NCBI GenBank assembly: GCA_049999805.1
Contig: JBNGIO010006161.1
Span: forward strand, 1-64,000
Reading direction: 5' to 3'
Length of the DNA: 64,000 bases
Source: Folioceros fuciformis
Taxonomy: Eukaryota
Below are positions 46,497 through 57,520 of the stretch, one piece after another (positions within the stretch are counted from its first letter, which is position 1; every line of letters starts with the position of its first letter). A program made the translations under genes and the position numbers. Under the pieces are notes generated by a model. That model was not told where the DNA came from. It saw only the letters and a list, made by a program, of their open reading frames with translations, and did not search any database.

Positions 46497-47004
46497 CGGA
46501 AGAAGAGCCTCCTTAAGGTGCTACAGGAGCAGAATAGATCAGCCTCCTCCCTCTCAGCTGAAATTTTTCCTGTCCCATTTACATGGAAGTCCTCTCTTCC
46601 TGGTTGGAACTGTTCCAGCATGTCTTATGCCGGAAGTACTCCCTCACGTCAGCTCAGACGTGTTGGCAACCGAATAGGCACGAGGTGAAACTCAGTCGAG
46701 GGCTGCCATCAGCTGCACTCGTCAACAAAAAAACACCAGATACAACTGAAAGAATAAAAGCAGAAAAAAAGAGAAACGGTGACGGGAGGTACCATGAACC
46801 AGCGCTGTATGTACAAGTCCAACCCTACAGAGACGATGCTTAGTAAGTTGAAACCATATATAAGCTAAACACAAACTGTGACATGCTCTGAATATGAAAT
46901 ACATCATATCCTTGAACGGACAGCTTACTGCAGCAGAACAGACAATACCTGCTAGCCATATCACATTGTGAATACATGGATTTCAACGGTGCATTGACTG
47001 ATAA

Positions 47005-48896
47005 TCAGATGTCGGAGTGTGGACCCTGTACTTGACGCTGGTCACACCGTAATCAACGTCAGTTCCAAAAGCCACGAATCAAGTTGGAAAGAGAGCAGAC
47101 GTGCATCTGTGAAGACTTTAACCTGCCGCTTGCTGACATAGGCTTTCACTTGGATAGGAGTGGAGCCAGAAACAGAAACAGAGGATATCTTTCGCTTTAC
47201 TCCAGCCTTCTCAGCTTCAAATTCTCGCCTTGTGTCCATGCGTGACCCGCTTTGCCAAACACGTCCAAACTTTGGTAACCACGAAGCATCACTTTGTATG
47301 TTGCCGCTCTTTCCTTGTCCAAGTTCATTCTCAAGTTCAGCTCGTCGTCGCTCAGCCCAAGCAGCTCCTACTCGCTTAGGATTTCGCAATTTTGCAAGCT
47401 TCCTTTCCTGACTCCTTGAGAGTACTTTAAGGCCACTCTCATCAGTGCTACAGGCGGAATGATCGGCTACTTTCAACCATGGTGGTGGAGCCCCGGTGTG
47501 CACATTGCCAAGCCCAGGAAGGGCTGGCATAGGTATGGCAGTCAGTTCTGCAAATCAGTACAAAAAAATCAGCCACCTTTCATCACACGCATTGACCGTA
47601 CGTCTTCGATGGAATCAGCACTCGTACTTTGCTGAAATCTCGTTTCAGTTGAAAGAGTTCCTCTCCGTTGCAAATTCTGTTGATCGTCCTGATAGAAGGA
47701 GGCCACCAGATCGAAAAAGCAATCGGAGTTAGAATTTAAATTCACAACCTATGCAAATGTGAGACGGGCCTGCAAATTACTCCTACTCACGTCAACGCCA
47801 GAAGACATGGCAAACTGTAGAGGCCTGTTTGTAGATCCACCTGCTGAATTAGAACTACACATCTGAGGTTTTGTGCCAGAGTCTACGTCACACAACAACC
47901 CAACTGTGAGATGCAAAAAACTCTCCGTGGCTCACTAAGCTGAAGAATATAAAGCAAGAGCTGATCTCTGATGAGACAAACATTTCCTACTCAACAAGGA
48001 ATGGATCAAAGTCCTACCAACGAGATTGTTGATTGAATTCGGTGCTTGCTTATTCAGTAGATGCTCACCCTGATCGGTAATACCCACCGCCGCCACGGGA
48101 ACCTGGCCCCCGGCTTGCTCAGAAAGAGATGGATGCTCCATGAACAGTCCTGAGCTAATTTCCTGAACATTCCCATCCTTAAGTTTGTAAAGGCCAAACA
48201 ACTCCACATGTCTGCAGGCGAGGCATAGAGAGCACAAACAAATTCAACAAGCCTACAAATCTACAAGCCACGGCGGATATTATTCGCCCTCACAACCTGC
48301 CCTGTGGGTGCAGCTGCATCGCAAGCCGCCAGCCACTGTCACACCACAAAGAACCCCAAAGATGAGAGGCTTCACCTAATACTCAGCAAAACAATTCTAA
48401 CACATTCCCCGGGGCCGAGAATAGACAAACCTTCTCATAGTCCGCAACAGCGACACAGTACAAGCGCTGCTGCTCAAACTCTCCCCCGTGCTCCATCCAG
48501 AACGATTTGACCCCGCGCAGATGCTTCCGACTAGCGAGATGCCGGATCACGTTCGCACTGCATCACATCAAAGTCGGGGAGGCCAGAAATTGTAAGCGAG
48601 CCCCAGAGCTCAGATCTCAGATGTTCGCAGACAGGACAGGTATCTTACCAACAAAAGGAGCTGGTTGCTTCGGTAATCTCCTCCTCGCAGAAGTGACACC
48701 AGAATCTGTTCAATGGCCTGTCCTGCTCCCGCAATCTGGTGACATTCTTCATGAAATACAGAACCTCCTGGATCTTGCCGCTGGCATTCAGAAGGAACTG
48801 ATCTCTCCTTTCCGTATGCTTCACTCCATACTTATGACCCTTCCCCTGATCGTGGTTGCGCCCGCACACCCGGCAAAAGGAAAATTGCTTAGGCAT
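47005..48896 (-). CDS. TTL: TITAN-like / CCDC84-family zinc-finger protein, multi-exon
   Basis: FCRVCGRNHDQGKGHKY, RFWCHFCEEE, GNVHTGAPPPWL, LRNPKRVGAAWAERRR, WLPKFGRVWQSGSR, AYVSKR. Last mini-exon 47025-47005 is inferred. Confidence 0.88.
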
Positions 48897-49095
48897 CCTT
48901 CCCTTACGAATTTATTTCCACGTCTTCCCGGTCGCCTGCCAATATGTGCCTTCTCAGCAAAACTATACCAGTGTTTCTGGCCGTCTGGTACCCTGTAACA
49001 CGATCGGTCGTTGGACCTGCCTTTCAGGTCTGGTGCTTGACCACCGCATGTGGTGACCTTTTCATGTCAGCTGAGGCTCTCCGCGGGGCAGCGTC

Positions 49096-49294
49096 ATGCT
49101 TGATATATTTCCGTTTAGACGCATTGCCTGCCACTTAGGTTGTGAGGTCTGTGCCGCACGAGGTGGGTCGGCCTTGCAGATGGCAGAGGCGTCTTGCATC
49201 CGAAAACGGGTGGCGGGAACCAAGACGGGACGGGACGGGACGGGGCGATGCGGCGGGGGTCCTGGCGAAAAATCTTCGCCGCCTCTTCCACAAA
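49096..49294 (+). pseudogene. Truncated copy of the 5' end of the PPR gene starting at 52345
   Basis: MLDIFPFRRIACHLGCEVC versus MLGSFPFRHTACYLGCELC; DNA similarity continues to about 49294/52528, then tandem repeats replace it. Confidence 0.7.
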
Positions 49295-49339
49295 AGGTCT
49301 ACGTATGGCTTGAAAAGTACTTGTTGCTCGTTCACAAAA

Positions 49340-49812
49340 TACAGACTAGCTCTTTGCAAAGCTATGGGATATGGATTGTCGAAATTGTTGTTGTTCTAAA
49401 GATTATATTACTCAATATTCTTTGCAAAGTAATGCATATGGGTTGTCGAAATTGCTGTTGCTCTAATAAAGACTATATTGCTCACTACTCTTTGCAAAGT
49501 AATGGATATGGATTGTCGAAAGAAGCTACATCGAGAAAAGAGGAACAACCCCATTTGTCGAAATTGTCCTTGTTCTAAGGACTATAATACTCAATACTCT
49601 TTGCAAAGTAATAGATATGAGTTGTTGAAATTGTTGTTGTTCTAAAGACTATATTGCTCAATACTCTTTGCAAAGTAATGGATATAAATTGTCGAAAGAA
49701 GCTTCAATTGGATATGGATTGTCGAAAGAAACCTCAATTGGATATGGATTGTCGAAAGAAGCCACATTGAAGAAAGAGGAACAACCCCACCTCAATGAGG
49801 AACAACCCCATT
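49340..49812. repeat. AT-rich degenerate tandem repeats (units of about 66 bp and 30 bp)
   Basis: CTCTTTGCAAAGTAATGGATATGGATTGTCGAAA-like core about five times; GATATGGATTGTCGAAAGAA at 30-bp spacing; GAGGAACAACCCCA three times. Confidence 0.85.
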
Positions 49813-50896
49813 TCTAGGACTATGATACACATTTGCGCACTTCTTCATGAACCACCTTTGCACGCTTCTTCATGAACCGACCATCGATGTAAACTCTTAA
49901 TGTACTCTAGCTTGTCTTTCATGTGTCATGCCACCAACGTTCAATGTCTTTGCCAAGAGTAAAGATAGAAAGCTTCAGTATTAGAGCTCTGCAACCTCTA
50001 GTATGGAAGTTAGTTGCTCATACAAGGAATAATAGTTTTCTTCTACACTTGCCCACAATTTGTTCTGCATGTGGACACTAACAACACATTTAATACGTAA
50101 CACTTAAAATTGGTTGCTACTTCAATTCCCCTTTGCTTAGTCACATGTATTACATTATTTGGCTAAGCTCAAAGACAATAATAACCTTATGGGCTTCAGT
50201 TGACTTATTATTTATATGTTATGAAACATGCAACAAACATCAATCTCCTTTGTAAAATGCTAGACATTGTCTCTCTACATTTTTTGTTTTGAAATTTGCC
50301 TCATTTTTTAAAGTTCTAAATGCACCTTCCACAACCATTCTAATGGAAGAATGCTTGAAGTTAAATGAATCCAATTCAAGTAAAAGTTCAAAACCACAAT
50401 CAAGGTGCTACAAACGCCTTAGCAAACATGATTTTTCGGACATCATCAACCACTACGGATACAGTTTCAGCAGCCCCGGTGGTTTATAGTTCATACATGC
50501 TCGGGTGGTAAGTAGGCCATACCTTGTACTTGAATACGACATCTTGGAGGCAACTGGCTTTTGCCCATTGCAAGTTATTCACCTTGTCACAAGGTAGATG
50601 AAACTTCCCTCTCAATTTTCTTTCTCTATCATGTCTTCAAACGTTGTGGTCTCGAGTGCAATCCGGATGTGACATATGAGATATGTAAAATGCAAGAAAA
50701 CATGAAAACAAATATGTGAACCTTCTTTCATCCTCTATATTAATGTGCTTGTATAATATCNNNNNNNNNNNNNNNNNNNNNNNNNNNNNNNNNNNNNNNN
50801 NNNNNNNNNNNNNNNNNNNNNNNNNNNNNNNNNNNNNNNNNNNNNNNNNNNNNNNNNNNNTGAATAGTGTAAAATTTGTGGCTAATGCGGTTATGA

Positions 50897-50977
50897 TGTT
50901 GACAGTGGGATTCGAACCCACGCCCTTTCGGACCACAACCTTAATCTGGCGCCTTAGACCAACTCGGCCATATCAAC
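50897..50977 (-). tRNA. trnL-AAG: tRNA-Leu (anticodon AAG) with an anticodon-stem mismatch
   Basis: GTTGATA TGGCCGAGTTGGTCTAAGGCG CCAGA TTAAGGT TGTGG TCCGAAAGGGC GTGGGTTCGAATCCCAC TGTCAAC A; A and B boxes, long variable arm, CAA just upstream, TTTT about 23 nt downstream. Confidence 0.92.
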
Positions 50978-51574
50978 TAATTGTCAAAGATTCCTGACTA
51001 TTTAAATGTTTTATAATTGTATCAACACCCGGAACGTCGCTCAGCTTGTGGGGATCAAGCATCTGATGCCACCTTGAAGCATGTAGCAGTGGCGGACAGC
51101 ATTGGTCTCTGGTGGCATTGCAGCTGTTTGCTCACTTGTTGCGTTGCCTTAGGCGCATCAAGCCGTTCTATGTCCCTCTGTGGGCTTTCATGCACCTGCT
51201 GCTGCGGCTTGGGCTAGCTACTCTNNNNNNNNNNNNNNNNNNNNNNNNNNNNNNNNNNNNNNNNNNNNNNNNNNNNNNNNNNNNNNNNNNNNNNNNNNNN
51301 NNNNNNNNNNNNNNNNNNNNNNNNTTAGAGGTGCGGGTTCATCTGCTCCGTGATGTGGATTGGTGGCAGGCTGGGAGTACTGTACCCATCTCTTGCTGTC
51401 CTGCTTGCCCATGTAGGTGGAAACAAGACGGGCTTGTGCCTCCAAGTTGAAGCATCCCAGGATAAAGGCCTACTCGTTAGTAATCCAGTGTTCGTAGTCC
51501 GTGCCTAGCCATCTTTATTGTTTCCTGTGAGTGCACCGATGTGTTGGCTGATCGCTCCTCTTGTGTCACCAGCA

Positions 51575-51890
51575 CCTCCAGAAGCTTCCTTGATTGGCAT
51601 ACGGTGAGGCTTCTTACTGTAGAGCATGTAGGTGTACTCTAGAGGAATGGGGGCATGGATCGGCGCAGGTTGGGATAGGCTGCCACGAAGCGCCGGGTAC
51701 GGTTCTTCTCACTCTGAATAGATGGCCACCCAGAAGTCCGCATCCTTGTTCCGCCGCACGTTGTCGTAAACCCAGGCAGCTCAACAGCATCCCCGCCCAT
51801 GCCGCCCTTGATCCAGTACGTGAACAATCTGCAAGGACCGAGTACAAAGATGCAGGTCACACTGGGGTGGCACATTCCAACAGCATCGAC
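51575..51890 (-). pseudogene. Second strictosidine synthase-like fragment (C-terminal part)
   Basis: CRLFTYWIKGG...VELPGF/DNVRRNKDADFWVAIYSE*, YMLYSKKPH, KLLEVL; DNA similar to 32561-32765. Confidence 0.8.
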
Positions 51891-51894
51891 CGTT

Positions 51895-52177
51895 GGCAGA
51901 AAGCACGGCAATCTGTTCGTAGACCCGTGCATCTGCGGGATGAGAAGTATACATCTGAGGTTTTGTGCTGGAGGCTGTGTTACACAACAATCCAACTGTG
52001 AGATGAACAGAAATTTTGTAGCTCATCAATCAGAATCCGTTCAATGGCTCGTCTTGTTCCCGCAGCCTAGTGACCACCGTCATGAAATCCAGAATGTCCT
52101 GGATCTTACCGCGGGCATTCAGAAGGAACTGATCTCTCCTCTCCTTGTGCTTCAAGCCATACTTACAACCCTTCCCC
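51895..52177 (-). pseudogene. Internally deleted fragment of TITAN-like
   Basis: 52030-52177 matches TTL exon 1 (48699-48846); 51895-52005 matches 47797-47913; start codon region missing. Confidence 0.85.
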
Positions 52178-52344
52178 GGTCGCCTGTCAGTATGATCCCC
52201 ATCAATAGAACTATATCAGTGTTTCTGGCGGTCTTGTACCTTGAGTAACACGGTCTGTCGTTGTACCTGCTTTCAGGTCTGATACCTGACCATCGCCTGT
52301 GGTGACCTTTCCATGCCAGCCGAGGCTCTTTGTTTGACAGCGTC

Positions 52345-55300
52345 ATGCTTGGTAGCTTTCCATTTAGACACACTGCCTGCTACTTGGGTTGTGAGCTCTG
52401 TGGTCCTCGAGGTGGGGAGGCCTTGGATGACGTCGGAAGCGTCTTTCATCCGAAAACGGGTGGAGGAACGCAAGAAGGGGCGCTACGGAGGAGTTCCTGG
52501 CAAAAATTCTTGGGCTCTCCTCCAGAAACCAAACACGGCAAGGTTAGATGCGTGGCTATGGTAGAAGACGGTGAATTCAAATGTTCACATGGTTTACAGA
52601 TGCCTCAGAGCGATGAAAAGACTTCAAATTTGGATGTGCTGCAGGAAGGCCCTGTACACCTGGACCTTAGGAGGAAAAATGGGTCTTTGTGGAAGAACAA
52701 AACGTCGCAACCGGCTTGGAATAGCGAGCTGGCCATTCTTGATGCCCAGCCAGATGGCGGGTTGACAGAACTTGAGTCTGCTTCGAGGTCTGTATGGTCC
52801 TTGCAAAGTGATTTCTCGGAAGTCCTGTTTGAAAGCGAGAGATTTTTAAAGTCTTGTTTGTCCAATGAGGTCCTAAAAGAAGCGGGTCCAGAACTTGTGC
52901 TGTTGGCCCCAATGCAGGGTACGTTGTCAGTCTGAGAAGGGGATTAGACGTCTCTGTGAGGATGCGGACTTGGCAAAGGCTGTGGATAGTTTGTTGCTCA
53001 TGGAAGAGCGAGGGAAGCATCCCTCGGTGCAGGTTTGTGGTGATATCCTGCAAGCATGTGTGAAGAGGAATTGTCTGGTTGAGGCCAAGCAGGTTCACTT
53101 GCACTTGATAAAGTGTGGGCTGGAGGTGGACAGGTTTTGGGGAGAAAATTTAGTCCAGACCTTGGTTAAATGTGGGAGTCTTAGGGATGCGCTGGACGTT
53201 TTCAACAGCTTGCCACACAGGACAGTTTTCTCTTGGACTGCCATCATCTCAGGTTACAGTAATGAGGGTGATGGAAGGGGAGCTCTAAGAATGTATCAGA
53301 AGATGCTGCAGGAGGGTGTGAAGCCTAACAGCTACACCTTCCTCAGCTTACTGAAAGCTTGTAGCAGCCTATTTGACCTCGAAGCAGCTAAGGCAATTCA
53401 TAGCGATGTTGTATGCCACGGGTATGACAATGACTTGTTTGTGGGCACGACACTGGTGCACACGTACGGAAGGTGCGGAAGCATTGCGGATGCTCGGCAA
53501 GCGTTTGATGCATTGCCCCAACGCAACGTAGTCGCATGGAATGCAATGATTGCAGGTTACACAGAGCAGGGTCAGGGACAGACAGCTTTGGACCTGTATG
53601 CTCAAATGCAAAAGGAAGGCATCAAACCAAACGTCAGGACATTTGTAACTGTTCTGAAAGCATGCGGAAATGTGGCAACTAGGGAAAGCCAAATGCCTGG
53701 AGATGGTCAGTTTGCAAATCATGATTTACTGGCAATAGGTAGGAACGTACACGTGGAAGTGCTGAAGAGAAATTTTGGGAAAAATGTGTTCATAGGCAGC
53801 TCTCTTGTCCGCATGTACACAAAGTGTCAAAGCATCGTGGAAGCAAGGGAGGTCTTTGACAAGATGTCAGAGCGCAACGTGGTAACCTGGAATGCAATCA
53901 TTACTGGATATGCTAACGAGGGTAAAGAAGAGGAGGTCTTGACCCTTTATGCTAGGATGCGAGATGACTGTGTGAGTCCAGATGATCGAACTTTTGTGAG
54001 GGTACTTAAGGCATGTGCCAGCCTAGCACATTCTAGTCCGCGATGTAGCAGACCTGATTTCCTCGAGAAAGGGAAAGCAATACATACTGAAGCTACTCGA
54101 AGTGGTTATGACTCTGATCTCTATGTGGGCAACACTCTCATCAATATGTATGCAAAGTGTGGGAGTATTGTGGATGCCAGACGTGTGTTTGATTCGTTAC
54201 CCAAACGTGATGTTGTGTCTTGGAACTCCATGATTGTGGGATATGCTGAACAGGAACAAGGAGAAGAAGCTTGGCATCTTTATGGTCAAATGCAACAGGA
54301 AGGGGTGAATCCAGATGTTTGGACCTTTGCCAGCATGATCAACGCTTGTAGCAGTCTTGCAGATAAGGAGCAAGCTCCTGCTGCAAAGTGCAAAGCTGAG
54401 CTGGCAAGGAAGGGGAAGGTAACATATGGACATGCCACCCAGCAAGGCTATGGATCGGACGTATTTCTCGGTAACAGTCTAATTAATCTGTATGCAAAAT
54501 GTGGGTGTGTTGCAGATGCACGTGATGTGTTTGACACATTGCAGCGGCGTGATGTCGTATCATGGAATGCAATGATCGGGGGATATGCCCAGCAAGCACA
54601 AGGCGCGGAAGCGTTGCACATCTATGCCCTAATGCATGAAGAAGGCGTGAAACCGGATGCAGTCACTTTCTTGTGTCTGCTAGAAGCATGCAACAATGCT
54701 GGCGCACTGAATGTGTGCATCAAGACGCACAGTGAAGTTGTACTGCATGGATTTGAGGGCAGCGTTTCTGTGGCGACTGCTCTCATCCACGCCTACAGCA
54801 AGTGTGGGAGCATGGTGAATGCCGAACGGGTGTTTGATGGAATGCCTCAGCACGATGTGTGGTCATGGACTTCATTGATTGCTGGATATTGCCTAGACCC
54901 TGGCACAGCCGGACAGGGTCATGACAGCAGGCGATTATCAGAGATAGCCTTGGAGCGGTACGAGCAAATGCAAAAAGAAGGTATTAAACCAAATGATCGA
55001 ACCTTCGTCAGTCTCCTTAAAGCATGTAGCAGCCTAGCAGAACCGGATGACAATATGTGCTTGAGGAGGATCCCTCGAACACAGGTGCTCCAAGTCTGTA
55101 AGGGGATACATGATCAGATCGTTCAGAGCGGTTATGTCTTCGATACCTATGTTGGGAACAGTCTTGTAAGCGTGTACTCGAAGTGTGGAAGCATAGAGGA
55201 CGCTCGTCACATTTTCGATCAGTTGCCCAGTCGCAATGTAGTGTCTTGGAATGCCATGATTGCAGGATATGCTTTGCAAGATATGGGAGCCTCGGCCTTG

Positions 55301-56587
55301 CAGCTCTTCAATCAAATGAAAGAAGAGAGAGTGAGTCCAGATGTGTGGACGTTCTCCAGTGTCCTCAAAGCATGTGGCAGTCTTGCTGAAGTGGAGCAAG
55401 GTGTGTCGGTGAATGGGTTTTTTGTCAAACCACAGGCACTGGAACAAGGGAAGTCTCTCCACGCTGATGCTATTCGAATGGATTATGCATCCAACGTCTC
55501 AGTCGCGAATAGTCTCGTTATCATGTACTCAAAATGTGGAAGCATGGAGTGTGCTCGCCAGGTGTTTGATGCGCTTCCCACTCTTGATGTCGTACCCTGG
55601 TGTGCCATGATTGTAGGGTATGTGCATCAAGGCCATGGTGAGACTGCATTCCAGCTGTACCACCACATGAAGGAGGAAGGAGTTGTACCAGATGAGCAAA
55701 GCTTTGTGTCTTTACTTCAAGGGTGTAGCAACATGGGAGCTCTGAATCTGTGTTGTGAACTCCACCGTGATATTTCAGCGAGAGGATACGACGCCACCCT
55801 TGGCTTGTCCACTGCTCTCATCCACGCATACAGTAAGTGTGGGAACATTGTGGATGCAAGGAAAGTGTTCGACTCATTGCCCAAGCACGATGCTTGGTCA
55901 TGGACTGCACTGATAGCAGGATATGCCCAACAAGGAGAGTATGATATGAGTATGCAATGCTTCGAGCAAATGTGTGATGCAAGCATAACCCCAGACGGTA
56001 TCACTTTTCTGGCCCTCTTGTCCGCCTGCAGTTGGGCTGGCATGGTGGACAAGGGCCTGGAGTACTTCAGGTCCATGTCCAGAGATTACAACATCAGTCC
56101 CAAAATCGAGCATTATGGCAGTGTGGTGGACCTCCTAGGCCGAGTGGGCCTCTTCAAGAACATGGAGGAACTGCTGTCGCAGATGCCTATGCAGCCGGAC
56201 TTGGCCATGTGGTTGTCAGTACTAAGTGCCTGTAGGACGCATGAGAATGTGGCCCTGGGCAGAACGGCCTTTGAGCACGCCACTTCCATAGAACCCAAAC
56301 AACCTGCAGCCTACTTGCTCATGTCACACATCTACGCTCATGCTGGGATGGCGGAGTGCGCTGAGGAGGTAGAACTGTTGAGACAACGAGCGGGTGCACG
56401 GAGGCACACTCCGGGGCAGACGTGGATCGAACACGGGGAGCAGGTTAACCGCTTCGTGGTGGGAGACCAGGATGACCATCAGGTTCACGGTCTGTTGAAC
56501 TTCATCAACAACACCCTGTCGGTGGTGAATGCACAGTACCCCATCTCATGGCCTGGAGAGCTCACTCTGAATGCAGCAGGTCAGTGA
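52345..56587 (+). CDS. PLS-class PPR protein (PPR6) with elongated L motifs, E1/E2, canonical-like PG box, DYW truncated; leader in a different frame, probably joined by intron 52788-52917
   Basis: Main ORF 52895-56587 has PLS triplets, HYGSVVDLLGRVG and TPGQTWIEHGEQVNRFVVGD. Upstream ORF 52345-52935 looks like a targeting leader. Confidence 0.85.
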
Positions 56588-57520
56588 TGATCTTGTGTTT
56601 CAGAAGGCAGAGATGGCAGCATGGACGAAGTTTTGGCTGGTACAAGCACAGGGAGGTTGGCAGCTTCGTTGCAGACCAAAGGCTGCCACGATTGCAGAAC
56701 CAAGCTTGATGAGAAATTTGCTGGGACTTGAACAACTCTGTCCGAACACATGCATTTCCATATTCTGGACCTATCAGAGTATTCTACGAGATGTGAACGA
56801 CGGCCTTGCTGCCCGAGTTGGACCAACTGAAATCCTCCGTCAGGAAGGAGCCGGAGGAAGGCCTTAGGTTTGGGAACACCAAGCGCGCTGCATCGTGAAG
56901 AGAGAACTGATGCTTTGGTGGTAGGGCCTGGCCGACACCACTCAGGTCGAGGAGAAATAGATTTGATTTGTGGACAATGTCAATAAATGAGGCGAGGTTG
57001 CCGAGGGGCTTTCGTGATCAACGCAATCCGGATCGTTCCACACACTGGCTTTCCATACAAGGGATCAAACGGGGATACTCCTGTGATTGCTTTTGTTCGC
57101 CATCCACATAGCTCATCATGTTCTGGGCAGGTGTGCATTCCATTTTGTGATTCCTTTTCCGACAGGAGTCCATTGTAAAATCACAGCTTCGAACCTGGTC
57201 CAAAACATGCGATTTGCTGCTCTCCACACGTTTTCTGATGCCGAAATGCCCACATATGGGCACGTTCGGCGGTGTCAGCATGATCGATGNNNNNNNNNNN
57301 NNNNNNNNNNNNNNNNNNNNNNNNNNNNNNNNNNNNNNNNNNNNNNNNNNNNNNNNNNNNNNNNNNNNNNNNNNNNNNNNNNNNNNNNNCTGCAGGCCCT
57401 GCACCTCAGGTGGCCTAACTTCCCAGCAGCTGGGTCTGTCTACCACCCGCGAAGCCTTGGCATGACGCCCACTCCAGCGGAAAATTGGGTGGGAAAATTG
57501 GGCCACAAGCGAGCCAAGTC

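Noticed and set aside
50289..50620. Possible transposase remnant (YKPPG-like text on the minus strand)
   Set aside because: One short motif in stop-rich sequence; not supportable.
56588..56867. Possible DYW relic after the PPR6 stop (KAEMAA...ILRDVNDG)
   Set aside because: Resemblance too weak by eye; needs an HMM test.
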